Part shown: one piece after another, positions 7,268 through 15,895 of the stretch
Layout: every line of letters starts with the position of its first letter
Position numbering within the stretch: position 1 is the first letter of the stretch
From: Chlamydiota bacterium
Lineage (GTDB): Bacteria > Auribacterota > JACPWU01
Length of the DNA: 27,174 bases
Assembly: GCA_016196885.1 (NCBI GenBank)
Contig: JACPWU010000057.1
Location: 1 to 27,174 of the forward strand
Direction of reading: 5' to 3'
The notes under the pieces: model-generated
Seen by the model: the letters and a program-made list of their open reading frames with translations, nothing else
Told to the model about the DNA's origin: nothing
The model's database searches: none
Made by a program: the position numbers and the translations under genes

Positions 7268-8625
7268 AAAAAATTATCCTAGGCTCCCGTCATCGCGTAA
7301 AAATGGGGCCCTTCGTTGAGAAGGGTGAAGCCCTGGCCCAAATAGAAGGCGTGCCCCTTTATGTTTCTCGAGTGGCTCCCGGCGAAGAGGCACGCGTGTG
7401 CGTCACCGAGGTGCGTCCAAGTTTTGCCAGGGCCAGACCCGAACAAATTTTAAAGCCTTCCCCTTCTCGAATTTCACCTCCCTGTTCTTATTTTGAAAAA
7501 TGTGGGGGCTGTCAATGGCAGCATTTAAACTACGGTTATCAACTGAGGGTCAAACGCGAGAAGGTGAAAGAGGCCTTAAAGAAAATTCCAGGCTTTGATC
7601 CATCTCGGGTGAAAGAAGTTCTACCCTCTCGGGATCCTTATCATTATCGGAACAAATCTCAAAGACCCTTTGTCATGAAAAGAGGCGAGATCGTTTCAGG
7701 GTTTTTTTATCCGCTCACGCATCGTCTGATCCCGATTGAAGAATGCAAAGTCGAACAAAATTTGATCAATCAAATTTTTCGAAAAGCCATGGAACTCATT
7801 CGTTTCTATCGAATCGTTCCTTATTCGGAAAAATCCCATGAAGGATTTTTAAGATGTGTGATGGCAAGACAGGGTGTTTCTACGGGGGAGGCGATGGTGG
7901 TTTTAATGACCCAGCACAAAGAGTTTCCAGAAGGCGAGCGCTTCGCAAAGGAAATGAGAGAGGCTTTTTCAAATTTGGTCTCTGTGGTCCAAAATGTGAA
8001 TTCTGAAAAAGGCAATGTGATTCTGGGGAATGAAAACATTTTGCTTGCGGGAGAACCTTTTATTCACGAGAAAATCAAAAATTTGAAAATGAGAATTTCC
8101 GTAGGTAGTTTTTTTCAAGTTCATTCAGAGCAAGCGGTTAAGATTTGCGAGGCAGTAGAACGGATGGCAGCCTTAACGGGTTTGGAAAATGTGCTCGATC
8201 TTTATGGCGGGGTCGGTTTAATGGGTTTGTCTCTTGCCTCGGGCGCTCAGAAAATTTATGAAATTGAAAATGGAGCCTCTGCTGTAGCGGATGGAAAAGT
8301 CAATGCCCAGGCGAATGGAATCCATAATGTTGAATGGATTTGTGAAGATGTGTCGTTGGCCCTGATCCGGTTGAGGGATGAAGGAAAGTCTTTTGAGGTG
8401 GCCATCCTGGATCCTCCTCGACAGGGTTGCGGGAGAGACATGATTAAAATCCTCATGGATCTTTCTCCTCGAAAAATCATTTATGTTTCGTGCCTTTTAA
8501 AATCTTTGGTGGAAGATGTGCGTTTTTTGAAAGAAGGAGGATACGAGATTCGAGAAGTCGAGCCCGTAGATCTTTTTCCTCAGACGGCTCATGTTGAAAC
8601 AGTAACTTTGTTAGAGAAATGTTGA
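7261..8625 (+). CDS. rlmD: TRAM-domain 23S rRNA (uracil-C5)-methyltransferase, RlmD/RumA family
   Basis: N-terminal TRAM-like segment. Fe-S cysteines are in CSYFEKCGGCQWQHL plus EECK. The SAM motif is LDLYGGVGLMG, with DPPRQG and the nucleophile motif YVSC. The TTG start overlaps the bioB end by 7 nt. Confidence 0.88.
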   Translation: MLKKIILGSRHRVKMGPFVEKGEALAQIEGVPLYVSRVAPGEEARVCVTEVRPSFARARPEQILKPSPSRISPPCSYFEKCGGCQWQHLNYGYQLRVKREKVKEALKKIPGFDPSRVKEVLPSRDPYHYRNKSQRPFVMKRGEIVSGFFYPLTHRLIPIEECKVEQNLINQIFRKAMELIRFYRIVPYSEKSHEGFLRCVMARQGVSTGEAMVVLMTQHKEFPEGERFAKEMREAFSNLVSVVQNVNSEKGNVILGNENILLAGEPFIHEKIKNLKMRISVGSFFQVHSEQAVKICEAVERMAALTGLENVLDLYGGVGLMGLSLASGAQKIYEIENGASAVADGKVNAQANGIHNVEWICEDVSLALIRLRDEGKSFEVAILDPPRQGCGRDMIKILMDLSPRKIIYVSCLLKSLVEDVRFLKEGGYEIREVEPVDLFPQTAHVETVTLLEKC

Positions 8626-8703
8626 ATGATATTTGTTCAAGATGACATCTAATGCGTTTTTGTTATACTGATATAAACGTACACAAATACAAATGTTGTG
8701 ACA

Positions 8704-8736
8704 TTGTCATCCCAGAGAGTTTTAATCGGGGATCCA
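8704..8736 (+). repeat. Short palindromic element TTGTCATCCC...GGGGATCCA (short relative of 9115-9169, opposite orientation)
   Basis: It shares the termini TTGTCAT(T)CCC and GGG(G/A)ATCCA with the reverse complement of 9115-9169. Confidence 0.55.
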
Positions 8737-8801
8737 TTTTCTTTGTTATGAAACATTCATGCCGACTGAGGGCGGCACAAAGGGGGATGAAAATCACCCT
8801 T

Positions 8802-8873
8802 GTAGTCGCCCCATTTATGGGGCGGTCTATGACATTGTGGCATTGGGCATTGCCCGATGAATCGGGCGACTAC
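8802..8873 (-). repeat. REP doublet (REPIN-like), inverted relative to copies at 1425 and 8984
   Basis: GTAGTCGCCCCATTTATGGGGC, then a 28-nt spacer, then GCCCGATGAATCGGGCGACTAC. These are exact reverse complements of the two unit types. Confidence 0.85.
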
Positions 8874-8927
8874 AAGTCATGATGAGTCATTGTATAAGAA
8901 TGACTAAAGACTATTTTCAGGTGAAAG

Positions 8928-8962
8928 TGGATGATGGATCATGGATCATGGATGATGGATTC
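8928..8962 (+). repeat. Heptanucleotide array (TGGATSA)x5
   Basis: The units read TGGATGA TGGATCA TGGATCA TGGATGA TGGATTC. Confidence 0.8.
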
Positions 8963-8983
8963 CTCTCTCTCGTTCAAGCTTGT

Positions 8984-9109
8984 GTAGTCGCCCGATTCAT
9001 CGGGCAGACCCATAAATGGGGCGACTACAAAATAAGGGAGGCGAGGTGAGGGAGGGGCGGGTGGGGCTTTCATTGCACACGATGACTCCCAAAAGGGTCA
9101 TTGAAATTA
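8984..9109 (+). repeat. Compact REP doublet (8984-9028) plus ~80-nt G-rich/hairpin extension (copy D; partner at 27-152)
   Basis: The doublet reads GTAGTCGCCCGATTCATCGGGCAGACCCATAAATGGGGCGACTAC. The extension is ~94% identical by hand count to 72-152. Confidence 0.85.
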
Positions 9110-9114
9110 AAGAC

Positions 9115-9169
9115 TGGATTCCCGCTAACCCCACAGGGGCTATTTCGTTGAAACCTGCGGGAATGACAA
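9115..9169 (-). repeat. Palindromic element ATTCCCGC-N31-GCGGGAAT with an inner CCCC/GGGG hairpin
   Basis: An 8-bp outer stem ATTCCCGC/GCGGGAAT. The termini match 8704-8736 in the inverted orientation. Confidence 0.55.
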
Positions 9170-9205
9170 CGACATAAAAAACAAGCTAAACTGTTACTTA
9201 AAACC

Positions 9206-11209
9206 ATGCCACAAAACAAATTTGTTTCTCAAATTGAACATTTCAACACACGGTATAAAGAAGACATTGCTGGGGATTCCTATTTTGGGAAGCCCCTCGC
9301 TCCTGTGAAAATGGCAGAGGAAAAATTGTCTTCTAAAGGTACTCCTTCCATTGCCTATTTTTCCATGGAGTATGGCCTGGCCCCCAATATTTATAATCCC
9401 TTCCATGTAAAAAAACCGGTGCATCCGAAGGGCATGCATTACGATCACGAGGTTTTTTCTAACTTAAGAGCCATGGATTATTTTCATTATTTGAGGGTGG
9501 AGCGGCCTCCCGATCTTCCGATCTATAGCGGAGGCTTGGGGGTTTTGGCGGGGGATACGCTGAAGAGCGCTGCAGATTTAGGTCTCTCGATGGTGGGGGT
9601 GGGGATTCTCTGGCATGAAGGATATTTTGAGCAAAAATTTCTCTTTCATGATGGCCAGGTTCCCATGCCCATGCTTTGGGATCCCTATGCCTTTCCAGGT
9701 TTGATCCCTTTAAAAAATCATGTGAAGATTCAGCTCAAGGAAGATGTGATTCATTTGAGACTTTGGAAATATTATGTCTATGGTTTTGAAGATAAATCTG
9801 TGATTCCCTTGGTGCTTTTGGATTCTCATCTTCCTGAAAATACAGAAGAGATTCGAAAACTCACTTATCGCCTTTATCGCAGCGACGATGAGTGGTGGAA
9901 ATTCTTGCAAAGGACTATTTTAGGCATGGGAGGCATTTTGGCGCTCGATGAATTGGGATATTCGATTGACGAATTTCATTTGAATGAAGGGCATGCCGCT
10001 TTTGCCTATGTGGCCAAGGCTTGTGGGCTTCCAGAAGCGGAGCAGAAAAATCTCCAGAAAAAGTTTCTCTATACCTGTCACACGCCGGTGGCTGCGGGAC
10101 ACGATCGCTTTTCGATGAAGTTGGCCGAGAAAATTCTCCCCTTCGACAAAATGGAAATTGTGGCCCGGTGGGGTCAAGATCCTCATCAGTCCGAACTCAT
10201 CAATATGACATGTCTGGCGATGAATGCCTCTCGCGCGATCAATGCGGTCTCTCAACTGCATGGAAAGGTGACGCGGCTTCAGTTCCCCAATTTCAAAGAA
10301 AAATTAAAGGCCATCACCAATGGCGTTCATCATTTAACTTGGGTTTCAGAGCCCATGGCTCAGCTTTTCGATCAATTTCAAAAAGAGATCGGTTCTTGGA
10401 GGGAAGACCCCACTCTCCTCAAGAAGGCTGAAAAGTTGATGGGAAATAACGCTTTTCGAGAGGGGCTTTGGAAGGCGCATCAGGAGAATAAGCAGCGCTT
10501 GTCCCAATTTTTAAAACCCTGGAAATTGGATCCGGATCTTTTTACCATTGGCTGGGCCCGTCGCATCGCAGGGTATAAACGCCCCGGCCTTTTGCTCCAC
10601 GATGCTCAAAAATTGTTAGACATGACGAAGCGCGTGGGCCCTATTCAAGTGCTGATTGCGGGGAAGGCCCATCCCAATGACAATGTGGGCAGAGGGATTA
10701 TCAGCGAAATGCTTTCCAAGATTGACCAGTTGAACATGCGTTATGAAGATCTGAAAGTGATCATGCTGGAAAATTATGATACTTATTTTGGCAGGCTTCT
10801 CACGAGTTCCGTAGATGTGTGGCTGAACAATCCTCTGCCCCCTTTCGAGGCCTCTGGCACCAGTGGAATGAAGGCCATTTTAAATGGCGTGATTCAATTG
10901 AGCACTCTAGACGGTTGGGTGGCCGAGGCTGAAGATACGGGGATTGCTAGAATCTTTGGGTATCGATCCAAGGATGGGGCGGCGATTGCCAATGAGCATG
11001 ATTGGAAAATGGAGGAAGACAGTAAGGCGCTTTATAAAGAATTAGAAGAGCTTTTGGATCTTTATTATCGGACCCATCGAAAAGGCTCTCTCCAAACCGA
11101 TTCGCAGTGGGTGGACATGATGATTCACTGTGTCAGTCAAGCGGGATTTTTCAACACGCATCGGATGGTAAAAGAATATCAGGAAAAAATGTGGGGGATG
11201 GGGCAATAA
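9206..11209 (+). CDS. glgP: Alpha-glucan phosphorylase (GT35, short GlgP-family type)
   Basis: IAYFSMEYGL and YSGGLGVLAGDTLKSAADLG lie at the N-terminus. The PLP-lysine motif is EASGTSGMK. Length is 667 aa. The start has no clear SD. Confidence 0.9.
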   Translation: MPQNKFVSQIEHFNTRYKEDIAGDSYFGKPLAPVKMAEEKLSSKGTPSIAYFSMEYGLAPNIYNPFHVKKPVHPKGMHYDHEVFSNLRAMDYFHYLRVERPPDLPIYSGGLGVLAGDTLKSAADLGLSMVGVGILWHEGYFEQKFLFHDGQVPMPMLWDPYAFPGLIPLKNHVKIQLKEDVIHLRLWKYYVYGFEDKSVIPLVLLDSHLPENTEEIRKLTYRLYRSDDEWWKFLQRTILGMGGILALDELGYSIDEFHLNEGHAAFAYVAKACGLPEAEQKNLQKKFLYTCHTPVAAGHDRFSMKLAEKILPFDKMEIVARWGQDPHQSELINMTCLAMNASRAINAVSQLHGKVTRLQFPNFKEKLKAITNGVHHLTWVSEPMAQLFDQFQKEIGSWREDPTLLKKAEKLMGNNAFREGLWKAHQENKQRLSQFLKPWKLDPDLFTIGWARRIAGYKRPGLLLHDAQKLLDMTKRVGPIQVLIAGKAHPNDNVGRGIISEMLSKIDQLNMRYEDLKVIMLENYDTYFGRLLTSSVDVWLNNPLPPFEASGTSGMKAILNGVIQLSTLDGWVAEAEDTGIARIFGYRSKDGAAIANEHDWKMEEDSKALYKELEELLDLYYRTHRKGSLQTDSQWVDMMIHCVSQAGFFNTHRMVKEYQEKMWGMGQ

Positions 11210-11233
11210 GTTGAATTTTAATGATGAGAGATA

Positions 11234-11356
11234 CGGGTCCTGTCCCTCCCCACCCCCACCGTCGGCATCGGTGTCGGGGGGGATGATAGATGAAGGTAGG
11301 AGATTGAAGACTCCACCTGCTGGCGCACGGTGGGGGACCCCCGGTCGGGCCACCCG
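11234..11356 (+). repeat. Family P element, short copy (conserved 22-nt 5' block and 46-nt 3' block shared with 26923-27135)
   Basis: The 5' block CGGGTCCTGTCCCTCCCCACCC matches 21/22 and the 3' block CTCCACCTGCTGGCG...GGGGGACCCCCGGTCGGGCCACCCG matches ~40/46 against copy 2. An internal AAGGTAGG is shared. It ends 38 nt before the osmC ATG. Confidence 0.75.
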
Positions 11357-11394
11357 TTGCCTATGCATCACTTATTGTTAGGTTGGAGGGTAGG

Positions 11395-11805
11395 ATGGTC
11401 GAGATATCCATTGAATATGAAGGTGACCTACATTGCTCAGCTGTGCATGGGCCGAGCCAGGCGAAGCTTTCTACCGATGCGCCGGTAGATAATCAAGGAC
11501 GCGGAGAAAGTTTTTCTCCGACCGATCTTTTAGCGACGTCGCTTGGGACGTGTATGGCGACGATAATGGGGATTTTTTCCCAGAGAAAGGCGATCCATTT
11601 AAAAGGCATGAAAATTCGTGTGGAGAAGCACATGCTGGAAAATCCCCGTCGGGTTGGAAAATTGGCGGTGGATATTCATGTGCCTGTCGCGTTGGATCCC
11701 GCTCAAAAGATGGCTTTGGAGGGAGCGGCGCTTGCCTGTCCCGTTCATAAGAGCTTGCATCCGGACATTGAAAGGCCCATTCGGTTTTTTTATCCAGGGG
11801 AGTGA
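11395..11805 (+). CDS. osmC: OsmC/Ohr-family peroxiredoxin-like protein
   Basis: OsmC-type sequence (SPTDLLATSLGTCM, ACPVHKSL). GGAGG lies 5 nt upstream of ATG 11395. The ORF-track TTG at 11383 lies inside that SD. Confidence 0.85.
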   Translation: MVEISIEYEGDLHCSAVHGPSQAKLSTDAPVDNQGRGESFSPTDLLATSLGTCMATIMGIFSQRKAIHLKGMKIRVEKHMLENPRRVGKLAVDIHVPVALDPAQKMALEGAALACPVHKSLHPDIERPIRFFYPGE

Positions 11806-11809
11806 TTTT

Positions 11810-11893
11810 AGCGTACAGCGTATAGCGTTCAGCGTTCAGTAAAAAAGCGTGTTTTTCTGTACGCTATACGCTATACGCTGAACGCTGTACGCT
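11810..11893. repeat. Opposed heptamer arrays: (AGCGTNN)x4, an A6..T5 centre, then (NNACGCT)x5
   Basis: The left array reads AGCGTAC AGCGTAT AGCGTTC AGCGTTC. The right array reads GTACGCT ATACGCT ATACGCT GAACGCT GTACGCT. It lies between the convergent osmC and metH genes. Confidence 0.85.
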
Positions 11894-11897
11894 GTCT

Positions 11898-14800
11898 TTA
11901 AAGATTCGGCGAAAGCCATTTTCGAGCGGTCTCAATTTCCATCCCTTTGCGTTTTGCATAATCCTCGAGTTGGTCTTGGCCGATTTTGCCGACGGTAAAA
12001 TATTTGCTTTCGGGATGCGCGAAATAAAGACCACTGACAGACGCAGCCGGATACATGGAAAAATTTTCCGTCAGTTGAATGGATGCGTTCTTTTCGGCTT
12101 GCAAGAGATCAAAAAGAATCCGTTTCTCTGTATGATCTGGACAGGCAGGATAGCCGTGGGCAGGACGAATCCCCTGATATTCCTCTCGAATCAGGGCGTC
12201 ACGACCCAACGTCTCTTCTTTGACATAACCCCAATATTCTCTTCGGACACGTTCATGCAGGCGCTCAGCTAAAGCCTCTGCGCAGCGATCGGCCAGGGCT
12301 TTTAGCATGATGCTATTATAGTCATCATGATCCGCTTCAAATTTTTTGACGATTTTTTCAATTTCCAATCCCGCAGTGACTGCAAAGGCCCCGATATAAT
12401 CTGGGACGGTGCTTCCTTTGGGTGCAATGAAATCTGCAAGGGATAAATTCGGCTGTCCAGAATCTTTCTCTGCTTGTTGACGCAGCATGTGAAAAGTGGT
12501 GAGAACCTTGCGCTGAGAATCCTCTTTGTAAAGTTCAATGTCATCTCCAATGGCGTTGGCCGGGAAGAATCCAATAACGGCTCGAGCGGTGAGCCATTTT
12601 TCGCGAATGATTTGGTCTAGTAATTTTTGAGCATCGTCGAAAAGTTTTTTGGCCTCTTTGCCCAATTTAGGATCTTCAAAAATTTTTGGAAAACGGCCCT
12701 TCATTTCCCACGTGACAAAGAACAGGGTCCAGTCTATGTATTTTCGAATTTCAGAAAGGGGATAATCCGAAAATGATTTGAGGCCCAGGAATGAAGGGCG
12801 GGTGATCTCTTCGAAATTCAATTTGGCTTTCCTTTTCCGGGCTTCCTCGAGGGATAAAACATTTTTAGGGGTTCTCGCTGCATGCATTTTACGAAGCTCT
12901 TCATACTCTTCATCCGTTTTTGCAGTAAACCCTTTTTTCTCTGCTGCGTTTAAGAGATTCGAAACCACGCCCACGGCCCGTGAAGCGTCCAGGACATGGG
13001 TGGTAGACCCCTGATGATAAGCGGGTGCAATTTTAACGGCGGTATGAATTTTAGAAGTGGTGGCGCCTCCAATGAGAAGCGGAATTTCAAAACCTTCGCG
13101 TTCCATTTCCTGAGCCACATGCACCATTTCATCGAGGGAAGGCGTGATGAGGCCGCTCAGACCAATGATGTCTACCTTTTCTTTTCGGGCGGTTTCTAAA
13201 ATCTTTGCGCAGGGCGTCATCACGCCTAAGTCCATGATTTCATAATTGTTGCACCCCAGGACAACGCCCACAATATTTTTCCCAATATCGTGGACATCTC
13301 CCTTCACGGTGGCCAAAAGAATTTTTCCAGCATGGCTCCTTCCCGTTCCTGCTTTTTCAGCCTCCATAAAAGGGAGCAAATAGGCCACAGCCTTTTTCAT
13401 GACACGTGCACTTTTCACCACTTGAGGCAAAAACATTTTTCCAGCGCCAAAAAGATCTCCCACCACATTCATTCCGGCCATGAGTGGCCCTTCAATAATA
13501 GAGAGAGGTTTTGGATATTTGAGGCGGGCTTCTTCCATGTCTTTTTCGATATGGTCTACAATCCCCTGAACCAGGGCATGAGAGAGACGTTCCTCTACGG
13601 AGGCCTTTCGCCAAGATTCTTCCTCGACGGTTTTGCCTTCTTTCTTCTTGAACCGGTCTGCAAATTGAATCAGCCGTTCCGTTGCATCTTTTCTGCGATT
13701 CAAAAGAACATCTTCTGCAAGTTCCAATAAATCCTTCGGGATTTCTTCATAAACAGCGAGTTGTCCTGCATTGACAATGCCCATATCCAGACCCGCCTGA
13801 ATGGCATGATAAAGAAAGGCCGAATGCATGGCTTCTCTTACCGCATTGTTCCCGCGGAATGAAAAAGAAATGTTGCTGACACCTCCACTGACGTATGCGT
13901 AGGGGAGTGTTTTCTTGATTTCTCTTGTAGCCGTGATGAAATCCACCGCGTAATCGTTGTGCTCTTCCATGCCGGTGGCCACGGTTAAAATATTGGGATC
14001 AAAAATAATATCCTCAGGAGGAAATCCCACCTGCCTTGTGAGAATCTCATACGAGCGCCGGCAAATTTCAAGCTTTCGCTTGCTGTCTGCGGCCTGTCCC
14101 TCTTCATCAAAGGCCATGACCACGGTGGCTGCCCCATAGCGGCGAATTTTTTTGGCATGGGCGATCAAGGCAGCCTCTCCTTCCTTGAGGCTGATCGAAT
14201 TTACAATGGATTTACCCTGAACACATTTCAGACCTGCCTCAATGACCGACCCTTTGGAAGAATCAATCATGATGGGGACTTTCGAAATGTCGGGTTCGGC
14301 CGCGATTAAGTTTAGGAACCGCATCATTGTCTTTTCAGAATCCAACATTCCTTCGTCCATGTTGATGTCAATGATTTGGGCTCCATTTTCCACCTGTTGT
14401 CGGGCAATGGAAAGTGCCTTGTCAAAGTCTCCCGCCAAAATGGCCTTTGAAAAAAGGGGTGAACCCGTGATGTTAGTCCTTTCGCCGATGTTAATGAAAT
14501 TCAGTCCGGGGCGAACGTTCAGAGCCTCTAGGCCGCTCAGGCGAAGCATACGCTCCCGCTCCGGGATTTTCCGAGGCAAGCAGTTTGACACAACTTCCGC
14601 AATTTTCTGAATATGGGCCGGTGTGGTTCCGCAACACCCTCCCACAATATTCACAAAGCCACTTTTGGTAAAATCCAAAATATACTGAGCCATTTCCTCA
14701 GGTGTTTGGTCATATTGCCCAAATTGATTGGGGAGTCCCGCATTGGGATAGCAGCTTACGAAGCAATTTGCGAGGCCGGACAGTTCCTCGAGATAAGGCC

Positions 14801-15743
14801 TCATCTCTTTGGCCCCCAGGGCACAATTGATTCCGATGCTGAAAAGATTCGCGTGAGAAACGGAGTTCCAAAAGGCTTCGATGGTTTGACCCGACAGCGT
14901 TCGCCCGCTGGCATCTGTGATCGTGACCGAGGCCATCACGGGAAGACGGATGAGCTTGTCAGAAAAATATTGGTCAATCGCAAAAAGGGCCGCTTTTGCA
15001 TTTAACGTATCAAAAATCGTTTCCACAAGAAGAAGATCCACGCCTCCTTCTACGAGCCCGTGAATTTGATCGTAGTAAGCCTTGACCAAGAGGTCAAAAG
15101 TCACGGCCCGGAATCCGGGGTCATTCACATTCGGGGAAAGAGAGGCTGTGCGATTCGTGGGGCCCAGGGCTCCTGCCACCCAGCGGGGCTTCTGGGGATT
15201 TTTAAGGCTATATTCTATCGCCACTTTTTTGGCGAGACTGGCCGCGGATTGATTGAGCCTGAAAATCAGGTTTTCCATTTTATAATCAGCCATGGAAATG
15301 GCATTCGAACTAAACGTATTCGTTTCAATGATGTCGGCCCCGGCCTCGAGATAGCCGCAATGGATGGCTTCAATGATGTGCGGTTGGGTGATGGAAAGAA
15401 GATCATTGTTCCCTTTCAAATCGCAAACATGATTTTCAAATTCCTTCCCTCGATAATCCTCTTCACTGGGCCGATAGGTTTGAATCAGGGTCCCCATGGC
15501 ACCATCCAAAATTAAGATTCGTTTGGAAAGGATTTGGGTCAGTAGTTGAGTTAAACCTCGATACCGAAGTTGGGATGCGGCATTCGACGAAAGATCTTGG
15601 CCATCTTGGCTTTCAGAAATACTCGACAGGCATTTTTTATGCCTGCCTGCGTTTTCTTCAAGCCAATCTGGCTCAAGCTTTTTCGTCTCGGTGCTCGCAC
15701 CGAACTTCGGTATCGAGGTTAAACCGTCGGCCTTCTCTACCAT
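11898..15743 (-). CDS. metH: Cobalamin-dependent methionine synthase
   Basis: Full-length similarity to E. coli MetH as recalled ([18 protein letters not shown], the B12 motif GDVHDIGKN, the C-terminal activation domain). I moved the start to ATG 15743. AAGGAG lies 6 nt upstream of it, and a TTGACA-17-TAGGCT promoter lies inside the longer ORF that extends to 15848. Confidence 0.93.
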   Translation of the reverse strand: MVEKADGLTSIPKFGASTETKKLEPDWLEENAGRHKKCLSSISESQDGQDLSSNAASQLRYRGLTQLLTQILSKRILILDGAMGTLIQTYRPSEEDYRGKEFENHVCDLKGNNDLLSITQPHIIEAIHCGYLEAGADIIETNTFSSNAISMADYKMENLIFRLNQSAASLAKKVAIEYSLKNPQKPRWVAGALGPTNRTASLSPNVNDPGFRAVTFDLLVKAYYDQIHGLVEGGVDLLLVETIFDTLNAKAALFAIDQYFSDKLIRLPVMASVTITDASGRTLSGQTIEAFWNSVSHANLFSIGINCALGAKEMRPYLEELSGLANCFVSCYPNAGLPNQFGQYDQTPEEMAQYILDFTKSGFVNIVGGCCGTTPAHIQKIAEVVSNCLPRKIPERERMLRLSGLEALNVRPGLNFINIGERTNITGSPLFSKAILAGDFDKALSIARQQVENGAQIIDINMDEGMLDSEKTMMRFLNLIAAEPDISKVPIMIDSSKGSVIEAGLKCVQGKSIVNSISLKEGEAALIAHAKKIRRYGAATVVMAFDEEGQAADSKRKLEICRRSYEILTRQVGFPPEDIIFDPNILTVATGMEEHNDYAVDFITATREIKKTLPYAYVSGGVSNISFSFRGNNAVREAMHSAFLYHAIQAGLDMGIVNAGQLAVYEEIPKDLLELAEDVLLNRRKDATERLIQFADRFKKKEGKTVEEESWRKASVEERLSHALVQGIVDHIEKDMEEARLKYPKPLSIIEGPLMAGMNVVGDLFGAGKMFLPQVVKSARVMKKAVAYLLPFMEAEKAGTGRSHAGKILLATVKGDVHDIGKNIVGVVLGCNNYEIMDLGVMTPCAKILETARKEKVDIIGLSGLITPSLDEMVHVAQEMEREGFEIPLLIGGATTSKIHTAVKIAPAYHQGSTTHVLDASRAVGVVSNLLNAAEKKGFTAKTDEEYEELRKMHAARTPKNVLSLEEARKRKAKLNFEEITRPSFLGLKSFSDYPLSEIRKYIDWTLFFVTWEMKGRFPKIFEDPKLGKEAKKLFDDAQKLLDQIIREKWLTARAVIGFFPANAIGDDIELYKEDSQRKVLTTFHMLRQQAEKDSGQPNLSLADFIAPKGSTVPDYIGAFAVTAGLEIEKIVKKFEADHDDYNSIMLKALADRCAEALAERLHERVRREYWGYVKEETLGRDALIREEYQGIRPAHGYPACPDHTEKRILFDLLQAEKNASIQLTENFSMYPAASVSGLYFAHPESKYFTVGKIGQDQLEDYAKRKGMEIETARKWLSPNL
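15550..15725 (-). mobile_element. Family M palindromic element inserted in frame in metH (168 nt including one target-repeat copy)
   Basis: Perfect 15-bp inverted ends lie at 15557-15571 and 15703-15717. The direct repeat GTTAAACC lies at 15550-15557 and 15718-15725. The core matches 26672-26807 in reverse complement. Confidence 0.75.
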
Positions 15744-15777
15744 GAATAGCTCCTTGGAGGAGGATGATATGCAACCT

Positions 15778-15806
15778 AGCCTATCCCAAGGGGTAAAGCT
15801 TGTCAA
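15778..15806 (-). promoter_or_regulatory. Candidate sigma70-type promoter of metH
   Basis: On the minus strand it reads TTGACA (15806-15801), a 17-nt spacer, then TAGGCT (15783-15778). It lies about 35 nt upstream of ATG 15743. Confidence 0.45.
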
Positions 15807-15895
15807 TCTGTCTTGGCAGATAGATTTTTGGGCAGAAAAAATGTTCATTTTTGAACTATTAAAAGCTTTAAATGGGCCTTAATTATCCCAGTTTC

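Noticed and set aside
8652-8882. 76-aa plus-strand ORF in the rlmD-glgP spacer
   Set aside because: It reads straight through a palindromic element and a REP doublet, has no RBS, and has no recognisable protein features.
11234-11356. Family P as a known riboswitch or ribozyme: a cobalamin B12-box-like CAGTCGGGCCACCCGC, a btuB-like GGUCCUGU start, a SAM-I-like GGAGGGAC on the minus strand, or an HDV-like CCUCCUC..GCUGGCG
   Set aside because: Only short fragments match. The other obligatory conserved cores of those families are absent, and the 60-nt core of copy 1 is too small. The element is left as an unclassified candidate.
11042-11371. Minus-strand ORFs 11042-11371 (109 aa) and 26939-27166 (75 aa), which share a G/P-rich peptide stretch
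   Set aside because: The shared peptide is the translated 3' block of the family P repeat. The first ORF overlaps the end of glgP antisense, neither has an RBS, and the rest of the two sequences is unrelated.
12778-15515. Many 60-150-aa plus-strand ORFs antisense to metH (and similar ORFs antisense to the AAA ATPase, yyaL, glgP and gldFG genes)
   Set aside because: They are entirely embedded in well-supported long genes on the other strand, have low-complexity or odd composition, and lack RBS signals. These are typical shadow ORFs.
15744-15848. Longer metH ORF starting at ATG 15848 (1316 aa)
   Set aside because: There is no SD before 15848. A strong AAGGAG + ATG lies at 15743, and a TTGACA-17-TAGGCT promoter lies inside the extension. 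The extra 35 residues have no MetH counterpart.
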